From the NCBI GenBank assembly GCA_964252035.1, contig OZ176209.1: DNA of 64,000 nt; one strand, given 5' to 3'. This document shows positions 52,067-60,863 of this stretch, piece after piece (position 1 is the first letter of the stretch; each line of letters begins with the position of its first letter). The notes beneath the pieces are model-generated. The model saw only the letters and a list, made by a program, of their open reading frames with translations, was not told where the DNA came from and did no database searches. The stretch is from Podarcis erhardii. Lineage: Eukaryota. The translations under genes and the position numbers were made by a program.

Positions 52067-53798
52067 CTTTAAGTGCTGGCTGAAAATGCCCTTTTCGTCT
52101 TACCATGAAGAAAGCACCAACCAATTCATCATTTGCATTATAGATGTGAAGTGGTGTCCTGTGTTAACAGGTTTCTCACAATGAGATAATGCAGTATCAT
52201 TAGGCGGACTCCTTGCAAATTGCAATGATTGCTAATCATGCTGGTTAAAATGGTCTGACACAAGACCACAGGACTATTAACCCAGAATGTGAGTGGCAAA
52301 GTGCAGCAAAACCTATCCTTTCATAGGTAGGGCAGTCTATAATACTATACATCACAGTTTGATTTGTGCATGATTAAGACTAAGTCATTTCATTCATTAG
52401 CAACCTAATCACTGGCCTGACTAACAAGAATATGCATAAAGAGATTTGTTTTCTTGCAAGCTGCCAATTTCATAGGGTTATAATCAAGACTGAATGCCAA
52501 TAAACAACACACAATACATAGATGGTGCTTGTTTTTATATATTTGTGTTGTTTTTATATCGTATTTTTATTTTAATAGAGCAGGTGGCAGACAAAGTTGA
52601 AGCTTGCAATAACTTAAGGGCTGTCACAATATTCATGCAATTTAGTTTAAAGTAAATCCTTTCTGTGTTTACTTAGGTGTAAGTGCTACTGGATCTAGAA
52701 TTTGCATTTTGTGAATGGAAGGCCATCCAGGGAAGGCTTTCGATTCAGCAGGGGGGGATCCCACATTGAAAAAGTATAGAAGGCTATGCCAGGGGCTGAA
52801 AGGGAAGGAGGGGAATTGGAGTCCAATTCCAATTTGCTCCAGAGGGCAGCTGATGCCAGGAATCCAGTGTGCAACCCCACCCCCATTGTTCATAGACATA
52901 ATACAATTTAGCCTGTAGAATGTTATCTTTGGACTGACTCAATGCCCATTCCGGATTCGTATTTAAAATATTGATTGAGCTATGGATACTTAGCATAAGC
53001 TTTAACAAGCAATTTTGCTTTGGATCTGTGATATGTTCCTTGGGGATCCTGAGGAAAGCTGTAGTAATGATTCTGAATATTTCTTATAACTATTTTAAAA
53101 TACGCTGCATTTAAGAATAAAACCACAATGTCAGGTCTGCTATTCAGATAACACACCTGCTAGCAGAGGTTTGTTGCTGTTGTTAAAGCGATAAGCCTCT
53201 GCAAGAGGTGATGAACTTCCTAAGTGGTTCCAAGCCAGAAAGAGTTAACCTGATTTGCTTCTGATCCCTATCAGGACAAACATAATTTGCTTGTATTCCA
53301 AGGTGTAATCCTTAGTATAATACAGTTAGAAGCACATAATGCTAAAAGCTAACAAGCCCAAATTCATAAATGTGGTTTATACCCAAACTGTCCTAAAAGA
53401 GCAATATCTTCCTCCAAATTAATACACTCTGTTTTAGACCCAAACTATATGCATACCTTCTAACTGAAACTATTAAGGCAGATCAGTAGGTTTTTACATT
53501 ATAATTCATTGTGCTATAAAGCACAGGCACTAATGAAAATAATTGTGAAATGACTTTTAAATAGTCCCCCCCCCCATATTTTGCAGTGAAAGAAAAGACT
53601 AGATAGGACACATAAGACAACTGCTGTAGCAACTGTCCTGCCTCCCTCTCATTTGGTATAACTTTATTGGGAGAATTGCACCAACTTAAGACTTCTATGA
53701 ATATTTCTTTTTTTGTTATTGTTCTGTGCAGTTTCTATATACTAGCAACAATAAATACTGTCACTGATATAAATCCCAAATAGTCATCCCTACATAGC

Positions 53799-54191
53799 TG
53801 TCAGGGAACTGCCATCGGAGAGAGAGGTGGTGGATAAGTTCCAGGAGAATAGGAGAGAATCTGCAGCAGAAGGAACCAGCAGGGGGAGTGCAGGAGTCAC
53901 AGCGGAGGGGAGGCTCTGGGATACTTCCAGTGACGACAGCGAAGAGGTAACAAGACCCCCGTTAGGAACTCCCACCCTGCGCCGGAAACTGTCACGCAGA
54001 GAGTCACGAAAGCGCATGTCTGTCAAACAGCTTTTATGTTGGCGTAGGTTCCGTAGACGCCCACTGTCAGATTCTACCAGCGACTAACGGAGTCATGCTT
54101 TGGGGAGCTCCGTTAGTGCCTAGGTTGGGATGACCAACCAAACCCCAGAGGGATCAAGCTTTACGCACAAGCAGCTCATTATCCCATCACA
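53799..54191 (+). repeat. 5' LTR
   Basis: TGTCAGGG...CATCACA, identical by eye to 58892-59284. Confidence 0.97.
54032..54073 (+). promoter_or_regulatory. Predicted LTR TATA-like box (TTTTAT 54032-54037) and transcription start (about A54063)
   Basis: The TSS is inferred from the 11-nt match to the PBS; the TATA-like element lies 26-31 nt upstream. Confidence 0.6.
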
Positions 54192-54193
54192 GC

Positions 54194-54204
54194 AATCTGA
54201 CAGT
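54194..54204 (+). other. Self-priming primer-binding site
   Basis: AATCTGACAGT, 2 nt after the LTR end, is the exact complement of ACTGTCAGATT (54063-54073). There is no TGG tRNA-type PBS. Confidence 0.85.
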
Positions 54205-54237
54205 CTCTGAAAGCAGCTTGTGCAAGCAGAGGGCATC

Positions 54238-55260
54238 ATGAGCGAACCAGCTGGAACCGGAGGTGCAGGAGCTGGGGCTGGAGGAGGTCCAAGCCTGGAA
54301 GACAGGTACAGGGCGTTGGAGGTCCAGCTCGCGCTGCAAACGGCGAGGCTCGAGGAGAGGAGGGCTCAAGATGCGGATAAAGGGAAACCCACCCCACTTG
54401 CCAGAAAGGTGCCTGGATTGGTGCAGAAATTTGGGGGGGATCCCAGGAACTATCAAGCCTTTAGGACAGAGATGCAATATGCTCTTAACCTACTGTTTGA
54501 TGACTTCCCTGATGAGAACTCTAGAGTGGCGTACGTGATCGGCCATCTAGAGGGAGGGGCGAGGGACTGGGTGCGGCCCCTGATGGCAGCCAATAATGAA
54601 ATCTTAAAGGACACTATGAAGTTTTTTCGCGCCATGGACTTGATGTTTTCCAGTGAGATTGAGCAAGGGGTGGTGCGGAGGCAGTTAATGGCGTGTAAAC
54701 AGGGGAGCCGATCTGTACGTGAGTACTGGACTGAGTTCAGCATGCTGATTCATAGACTGGGGTGGGACCTTGCGAGTGAACCTATTCAAATGCTGTTTGA
54801 AGAAGGGCTCTCTCCGGCAGTGAAAGATGAACTTTCCCGGGCGCCCAGGGCGGAGTCTATGGATCATCTGACTAAATCAGCGCTGTCCATAGGAGCGCGC
54901 CAGGAGGCAAGGGCTTTGGAAAAGCGGGAAGGAAAAGGGGAACGTTGGAAGGATTTCCGCATTCCAGAGATTCCGGAGCAGCCTTTCCCGCCAGCAGAGC
55001 CGATGGAAATTGGAACAGCGCGCGCGCGCGCAGTTTCAAACACCAGTGAAGGGCGGAAGAAGGAGGGGAAGGGCGCCAAGAGATGTTATCTCTGCCAACA
55101 GCCAGGTCACTTTGCCAGAGTCTGTCCGCAAAGGAAGGAATGGCAAGGAATGGCGGGAACTGTTGGGGGGAAGGAGGAAGGAGAAACAAGCAGCGAGCAA
55201 GTAAAAGCCAACGCCTGGCTGCCAGCATCAGGGCACCGCAGTCAGGCAGAGGAGAAGTGA
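54238..55260 (+). CDS. gag: Gag (PEG10/sushi-like capsid plus CCHC zinc knuckle), 340 aa from ATG 54238
   Basis: KFGGDPRNYQAF..VAYVIGHLEGGARDW capsid motifs and CYLCQQPGHFARVC knuckle; no stop codons or frameshifts. Confidence 0.93.
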   Translation: MSEPAGTGGAGAGAGGGPSLEDRYRALEVQLALQTARLEERRAQDADKGKPTPLARKVPGLVQKFGGDPRNYQAFRTEMQYALNLLFDDFPDENSRVAYVIGHLEGGARDWVRPLMAANNEILKDTMKFFRAMDLMFSSEIEQGVVRRQLMACKQGSRSVREYWTEFSMLIHRLGWDLASEPIQMLFEEGLSPAVKDELSRAPRAESMDHLTKSALSIGARQEARALEKREGKGERWKDFRIPEIPEQPFPPAEPMEIGTARARAVSNTSEGRKKEGKGAKRCYLCQQPGHFARVCPQRKEWQGMAGTVGGKEEGETSSEQVKANAWLPASGHRSQAEEK

Positions 55261-58200
55261 ATGTGCCCACGCCGGAACCTCCAAGACCAGCGCTTGTGAT
55301 AGAGGTGTTGCTGGAACTGTCCAATGGACACCCACTAAAGATAAAAGCGCTATTGGATTCAGGCAGCTCCTGTAATTTCATGAGTAAGGAGTTTGCAGCT
55401 GAACACCAGATACAGACTATCCCATTAAGTAAGCCTTTGCAGGTTACCACGATTGATGGGAGGGAACTGTTGGGAGGAGAAGTGAGCCAGCAGACTGTTC
55501 CAATGGTAATGAGGGTGGCAAGACACACAGAACTGATAGCGTTTAACGTAGCCACTTTGGGAGGAGCTCCCATTATTTTGGGAATGAGCTGGCTAGCACT
55601 ACACGATCCTCTAGTAGGCTGGCATCAGAGAGTGGTTTCCTTTGGATCAGCACATTGCCTAGAACACTGCAAAGAGGGAGAGGTTCAGGCAGGGGCCAGG
55701 GCCACTCTAGCAGGGGTGGAAGTGATGGGCAAGGGCAAGGTGCCACCACAATATGCTGACTTGATTGACGTCTTTAGCGAAAAGGAAGCAGATAGACTGC
55801 CCCCGCACAGACCCTTTGACTGTCAAATTAACTTACTCCCAGGAGCACAATTGCCAGTGGGCAAGCTGTATGCAATGTCAGACAGTGAAATGCAGGAGTT
55901 AAGGGAGTTCATTGACAAGAATCTCAAGCGAGGTTTCATCAGAGAGTCACGAGCGGTGGGGGGCAGCCCAGTGTTCTTTGTGGACAAAAAACACACGGGC
56001 AAACCGAGGCTTGTATGTGACTTCAGAAGCCTAAATGCAGTGTCAGAACCAGTGACTTTCCCTATGCCTAGAATTGATGACATTCTGACACAGGTGAGAA
56101 AAGGGAAAATTTTTACCAAGCTGGACCTTAGGGGGGCATATAACTTGATACGTGTGAGAAAGGGGGATGAGTGGAAGACCACTATGTTCACCCCCTTGGG
56201 GGCTTTTGAGTATTTAGTTATGCCTTTCGGATTACAAGCGGGCTCCGCCTGCTTTCAATCATTCATGAATCACGTCCTGGGGCCACTGCTCTACAAGAAC
56301 TGCGTAGCGTTCTTAGATGACGTCCTGGTGTACTCAGCGAATGAGGAGCAGCATGTGCGAGATGTAAGAGAGGTACTGAGCAAGTTGCGAGAAAATCGGC
56401 TGTGGGTGAAACTGGAGAAGTGTCAGTTTCATACCAGGGAGGTGGAATTCCTGGGGTACCGGTTGTCTGACAAGGGGTTGGCCATGGATCCCAGCAAGGT
56501 TCAAGCGGTACTGGAATGGAAAACACCAAAGACCAAGAAGGACGTGCAAAGGTTCCTGGGCTTCGGAAACTTCTATAGGAAGTTCATCAAGAACTTTGCC
56601 CATTTGACAGCGCCTATCACGGATTGTCTTAGTAGCAAAAAGAAATTTGTTTGGACGGAAGAAGCGCAGCGGGCGTTCGAACGCTTAAAGCAGGCGTTTG
56701 CGTCAGAAGAGCAACTGTTGCATGTGGATCTACAACAACCAATGAGAGTGGAGACTGACGCGTCAGACCGAGCGGTGGGGGCCGTTCTTCTCCAGCCGGG
56801 AAAAGATACGTCTGAATGGAGACCGTGTGCATTCTTCTCGCGGAAGTTGAACAAATCCGAGAGGAACTACACAGTATACGACCGAGAACTGCTCGCCATT
56901 CATGAAGCCTTCCGGAAATGGCGGCACTTGCTGATTGGGGCGCAGCACAAGGTTCAAGTCCGAACTGACCACAAAAATCTGGAATATTGGAGAACAGCCC
57001 GAGTGCTGAACCAGAGACAAGTACGATGGGCCCAGGAGTTCTCCAAATTCCACTTTGAGATTCGTTACGTGCCCGGATCCGAGAACGTGAGGGCGGACGC
57101 TCTTTCCAGGAAACCTGAGTACTTAGAGGGGGAGGGAGCGCCCGAGGCAAGGCATGTAATCCCTGAAGACCGCTGGGTGTGTGGGGCGGCATTGGTGGGG
57201 CAGAGGGAACTGATAGAGGGTACTGAGAACGATGAATACGCCCAAGGGAAACTCAGAGAGCTCCGGAGGGCAGAGGAGAACACAGGGGGGTTTGAAGAAA
57301 AGAACGGGGCGTTGTATTACAAAGGGGCACTGTACATACCCGACGGGGAACTGAGGGGCAGAGTACTCAAGCAGTTGCATGACAGCCCCACCGCGGGACA
57401 TTTTGGACAGCACAAAACCATGTGGTTGGTTACCAGGGAGTTTTGGTGGCCCAAGGTGAGGGAGGACGTACGGGAATATGTCAGGGGTTGCGTCAGGTGC
57501 CAGCGAGCAAAAGGAGAGAGGGTGGCGCCAGCGGGGCTATTACAACCCTTACCCACGCCCGAAAGGCCATGGGAGGCAGTATCCATAGATTTTATGACGG
57601 ACCTGCCAAAATCCAAAGGCAAAACAGCTGTCATGGTGGTGGTAGATCTATTAACCAAGATGTGTCATTTTATAGCTTGTTCACATGCAGTCACAGCGGA
57701 GGAAACCGCCAAGTTGTTTGTAGAACATATTTTTAGGTTGCATGGCGCCCCCTTGAGGGTTTTGAGCGACAGAGGGAAACAATTTACTTCCAGGTTCTGG
57801 AGGAAACTGATGAGCTTATTACACGTAGAACTCAATTTCTCAACTGCTCGGCACCCAGAAACCAATGGGCAAGCGGAAAGGGCAAATGGGATTTTACAAC
57901 AATACCTGAGGTGTTATGTAAAAGACAGAGAAAATGATTGGGTGGATAAGTTACCTCTAGCAGAATTTGCCTACAACAACGCGGAGAACGTGTCCACAGG
58001 GATGAGTCCCTTTCTGGCAAATTATGGGTGTCACCCCCGGGCATTCCCAGGAGAGGGAGGGGAGAGGTGGAGCGTGCCGGCGGCGGAATATTTTTTTGAA
58101 GAGATGGAAGCGATCCACCGTCAGCTTCAACTTAACTTAGAGAAAGCCAAGGAAGAATATAAGAAGCAAGCAGACAAAAATAGGAGGGAAGGTGAAACCA

Positions 58201-59180
58201 TAAGGGTGGGGGACCGGGTGTGGTTATCCACCCAAGGACTACCGTTCAAAGGAGGGTGTAAGAAATTGAGACCCAAAAGATTGGGACCCTTTGAGGTCAT
58301 ACAGCAGGTCAACCCAGTAGCATTCAAACTCAGGCTGCCCAGTCACATGAAGTTACACCCAGTATTTCACAGGTCATTACTGTCGCCGTACCGAGAGGGA
58401 CGTGAGTGGGGGGAGCATGAGAGAGAGGCCACCCAAACGCCCGTGATAGAAGAGAGAGAGCGCGACATGAACGTGGCAGGAATCATTGATTCCAGGTGGA
58501 AGGGGAATCAGGTGGAATATCTGGTAGAATGGGAGGGGGAAGTAGAGTCGGAAAACACTTGGGTACCAGCAGAGGTAGTCAATGACGAGGTTTTAATAGA
58601 AACATTTCATCAGCGTTTCCCAAGAAAACCGCAACCCGTGGCACGATTTAGAAGGGAACACTTTGGTACCACCGATGAGGAAGGAGAGTTTGAAGGGTTC
58701 CCTGAGTCAGGGGTGGGTGAGGAAGCCGACTCAGACGAAGAAGAGGAAGACGGGGAGAGAGACGGTACGCCGTGGCTAGAAGTGTTTGAATCCTCGGACG
58801 ACGAGGAGAGTTCCTTCAGGGGCTTTCCGTCCTCACCGCCAGTGGGAGAGGAGGCGGGAGGGGGTGAAGGGGGCCCTGGGGGGGAGGTGGATGTCAGGGA
58901 ACTGCCATCGGAGAGAGAGGTGGTGGATAAGTTCCAGGAGAATAGGAGAGAATCTGCAGCAGAAGGAACCAGCAGGGGGAGTGCAGGAGTCACAGCGGAG
59001 GGGAGGCTCTGGGATACTTCCAGTGACGACAGCGAAGAGGTAACAAGACCCCCGTTAGGAACTCCCACCCTGCGCCGGAAACTGTCACGCAGAGAGTCAC
59101 GAAAGCGCATGTCTGTCAAACAGCTTTTATGTTGGCGTAGGTTCCGTAGACGCCCACTGTCAGATTCTACCAGCGACTAA
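55083..59180 (+). CDS. pol: Pol polyprotein: protease, RT, RNase H, integrase, chromodomain, acidic tail extending into the 3' LTR (probably expressed as Gag-Pol; listed start is the ORF-track start, not a true initiation site)
   Basis: LLDSGSS (PR); LDLRGAYNLIRV and FLDD (RT); TDASDRAVGAVL (RH); HHCC, D-D-E and GPF (IN); EYLVEWEG..NTW (chromodomain). Uninterrupted 1365-codon frame. Confidence 0.95.
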   Translation: MLSLPTARSLCQSLSAKEGMARNGGNCWGEGGRRNKQRASKSQRLAASIRAPQSGRGEVNVPTPEPPRPALVIEVLLELSNGHPLKIKALLDSGSSCNFMSKEFAAEHQIQTIPLSKPLQVTTIDGRELLGGEVSQQTVPMVMRVARHTELIAFNVATLGGAPIILGMSWLALHDPLVGWHQRVVSFGSAHCLEHCKEGEVQAGARATLAGVEVMGKGKVPPQYADLIDVFSEKEADRLPPHRPFDCQINLLPGAQLPVGKLYAMSDSEMQELREFIDKNLKRGFIRESRAVGGSPVFFVDKKHTGKPRLVCDFRSLNAVSEPVTFPMPRIDDILTQVRKGKIFTKLDLRGAYNLIRVRKGDEWKTTMFTPLGAFEYLVMPFGLQAGSACFQSFMNHVLGPLLYKNCVAFLDDVLVYSANEEQHVRDVREVLSKLRENRLWVKLEKCQFHTREVEFLGYRLSDKGLAMDPSKVQAVLEWKTPKTKKDVQRFLGFGNFYRKFIKNFAHLTAPITDCLSSKKKFVWTEEAQRAFERLKQAFASEEQLLHVDLQQPMRVETDASDRAVGAVLLQPGKDTSEWRPCAFFSRKLNKSERNYTVYDRELLAIHEAFRKWRHLLIGAQHKVQVRTDHKNLEYWRTARVLNQRQVRWAQEFSKFHFEIRYVPGSENVRADALSRKPEYLEGEGAPEARHVIPEDRWVCGAALVGQRELIEGTENDEYAQGKLRELRRAEENTGGFEEKNGALYYKGALYIPDGELRGRVLKQLHDSPTAGHFGQHKTMWLVTREFWWPKVREDVREYVRGCVRCQRAKGERVAPAGLLQPLPTPERPWEAVSIDFMTDLPKSKGKTAVMVVVDLLTKMCHFIACSHAVTAEETAKLFVEHIFRLHGAPLRVLSDRGKQFTSRFWRKLMSLLHVELNFSTARHPETNGQAERANGILQQYLRCYVKDRENDWVDKLPLAEFAYNNAENVSTGMSPFLANYGCHPRAFPGEGGERWSVPAAEYFFEEMEAIHRQLQLNLEKAKEEYKKQADKNRREGETIRVGDRVWLSTQGLPFKGGCKKLRPKRLGPFEVIQQVNPVAFKLRLPSHMKLHPVFHRSLLSPYREGREWGEHEREATQTPVIEERERDMNVAGIIDSRWKGNQVEYLVEWEGEVESENTWVPAEVVNDEVLIETFHQRFPRKPQPVARFRREHFGTTDEEGEFEGFPESGVGEEADSDEEEEDGERDGTPWLEVFESSDDEESSFRGFPSSPPVGEEAGGGEGGPGGEVDVRELPSEREVVDKFQENRRESAAEGTSRGSAGVTAEGRLWDTSSDDSEEVTRPPLGTPTLRRKLSRRESRKRMSVKQLLCWRRFRRRPLSDSTSD
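55200..55268 (+). promoter_or_regulatory. Predicted -1 ribosomal frameshift signal (slip site, 6-nt spacer, H-type pseudoknot)
   Basis: Pol is in the -1 frame relative to gag. S1 55213-55222/55238-55247 (10 bp with one G-U pair); S2 GGGCAC 55231-55236 / GTGCCC 55263-55268. Confidence 0.75.
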
Positions 59181-59284
59181 CGGAGTCATGCTTTGGGGAG
59201 CTCCGTTAGTGCCTAGGTTGGGATGACCAACCAAACCCCAGAGGGATCAAGCTTTACGCACAAGCAGCTCATTATCCCATCACA
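58892..59284 (+). repeat. 3' LTR (U3 is fully protein-coding in the Pol frame)
   Basis: Follows the polypurine tract GGGGGGGGAGGTGGA; identical by eye to the 5' LTR. Confidence 0.97.
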
Positions 59285-59634
59285 ATAGCCTACTTGGGGG
59301 CGGGGTTCTTGGTACTTTTATCACCTTCGTAAAGTTTTTTTTGGGGGGGGGTGAGAATTCTCTAAGGCAGCCCTGAACTGTGTCATTCTCTCCCCACAGA
59401 GATGTGTCTGGCACCTTAATAGTGTAGCTTTTGTCATATGCTTAAGGCTTAAGCCACATCTCTTTCCCCTGACATTTCATACCTGAAACATGTTTTTAGA
59501 ACCCACTCCATTCTTTTGATTTAAAATTGTTTTGACTGATTTTAATGTTGCATTTCTACACGGCTGCAATTCTCTCTGGGACTTTACAGTGAAGGTCGAT
59601 AAGATATCTAACAAATAATCACCATCATATTAAT

Positions 59635-59756
59635 CAGTGCTATTTTTCTAGAAAAAAGAGGTGCCAGAACTCACCATGAACTTGTTCTCTTATAAAGGCA
59701 ATGGAGCCCAACCAAGAGGTGCCGGAACAGAGTTCCGGCTGGGGAAAAAAACTCTG
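59635..59756. mobile_element. hAT-like MITE (CAGTGCT family), complete
   Basis: Perfect 8-bp TSD ATATTAAT (59627-59634 and 59757-59764); CAGTGCTATTTTT / AAAAAAACTCTG ends. Confidence 0.8.
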
Positions 59757-59990
59757 ATATTAATTGTCACTCTGCAACTCCTGTCCTTGCAATTTCTGTA
59801 TGCACTGGTGTAGTTAATCTACACACAAAATGGTTGCCACATAGACTATTCGCTCCTACCATCCACTGCCCGTCTAAAGTAAAATGTCCATGGGGGTAAC
59901 TAGACTCTCTTTGCTAAACAGCTGTAAAGGAAGGAGCAGATGCTGTGCTTTCTACTGAGAAAAAGTCACAATGTATTTCTCCTTACACTA

Positions 59991-60340
59991 CAGTGGTGCC
60001 TCGCAAGACGAAATTAATCCGTTCCGTGAGGCTCTTTGTATAGCGGTTTTTTCGTCTTGCGAAGCAAGCCCATTGACAGCTTAGCAGATTAGCGCTATTA
60101 GCGGTTTAGCAGCTTTTAGCGATCAGCTGTTAAGTGGCTTATCAGCGGATCAGCTGATAAGTGGCTTAGGGCTTAGGAAAAGGGGGGAGGGGGGAAAAAA
60201 CGCAGGAACTCGCAAGACATTTTCGTCTTGCGAAGCAAGCCCATAGGGAAATTCGTTTTGCGAAGCACCTCCAAAACGGAAAACCCTTTCGTCTAGCGGG
60301 TTTTCGTCTTGCGAGGCGTTCGTCTTGCGGGGCACCACTG
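59991..60340. mobile_element. Tigger-type MITE, same family as 1124-1422, in the opposite orientation
   Basis: Same TIRs, TA TSDs, longer internal repeat array. Confidence 0.85.
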
Positions 60341-60863
60341 TAATTTGGTTCGCTGTACAGGGTCATCATGCATACATGGTGTTTTGCCTTTACCAGCTTT
60401 ATTAACTGTTAAAACAAATAAATCAACAGGTATGGCTTATTCCTGAGGTTAGCCATGTGGCATCCATGGGTGCAGTGGCGTCCTTAAGAACTTCACCTGG
60501 AGTCCACAAAGCCCCTCAGCCTCTTCCCTTACTTACTGCCTGCTTCATCCCGAGGTGGCAAAGTGGTTGGACTTGACAGACCTAGGCGTAAAAGAGGAAG
60601 CAGGAAGAGCAAGGCACCTCCCTGCAGCTTTGTGTGCTTTTCAAGGTTCAGACTGCTACCTGAGCAGCTAAACAGGGCAGGAGTGAAAGGCAGCTTCGTG
60701 GAAGACTAGGGCAAGGAAAATAGGGTGGGCGGGGGTGGAAAAAGTAGAGTCCCGCAGGAGTCAAAGACACAAGCTTGTGCGAGAAAGTAAAGGCAGACCA
60801 GACCACATACAAGCCAGATCTAGTAAAAACAGATTCCCTTGAGACTCTTAAGGGTTTTCCATA

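Larger units (their letters stand above)
53799..59284 (+). mobile_element. Intact Ty3/Gypsy chromovirus LTR retrotransposon (Tf1/sushi group), antisense to MAGI2
   Basis: Two 393-bp TG..CA LTRs, 5-bp TSD ATAGC (53794-53798 and 59285-59289), gag plus PR-RT-RH-IN-chromodomain order, PPT at 58878-58891. Confidence 0.98.

Noticed and set aside
53827-54087. 86-aa ORF in the 5' LTR as a separate gene
   Set aside because: It is a copy of the Pol tail and lies almost entirely upstream of the inferred TSS, with a GTG start.
54192-54210. tRNA primer-binding site
   Set aside because: There is no TGG (CCA complement); a perfect match to the element's own R region explains the sequence better.
55152-55175. 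G GGA ACT or G GGG AAG as the gag-pol slippery site
   Set aside because: Neither is canonical, and both are too far from the pseudoknot. The site ending at 55206 has the typical spacer length.
58610-59119. 169-aa antisense ORF starting in the 3' LTR (HBZ/ASP-like)
   Set aside because: The Ser/Pro-rich sequence is the expected shadow of a purine-rich acidic sense frame; there is no independent evidence. The same applies to the other minus-strand ORFs within gag-pol.
1124-60340. Inverted Tigger MITE pair as a composite transposon or circRNA-promoting pair
   Set aside because: Each copy has its own complete TIRs and TA TSD, and no supported MAGI2 exon lies between them.
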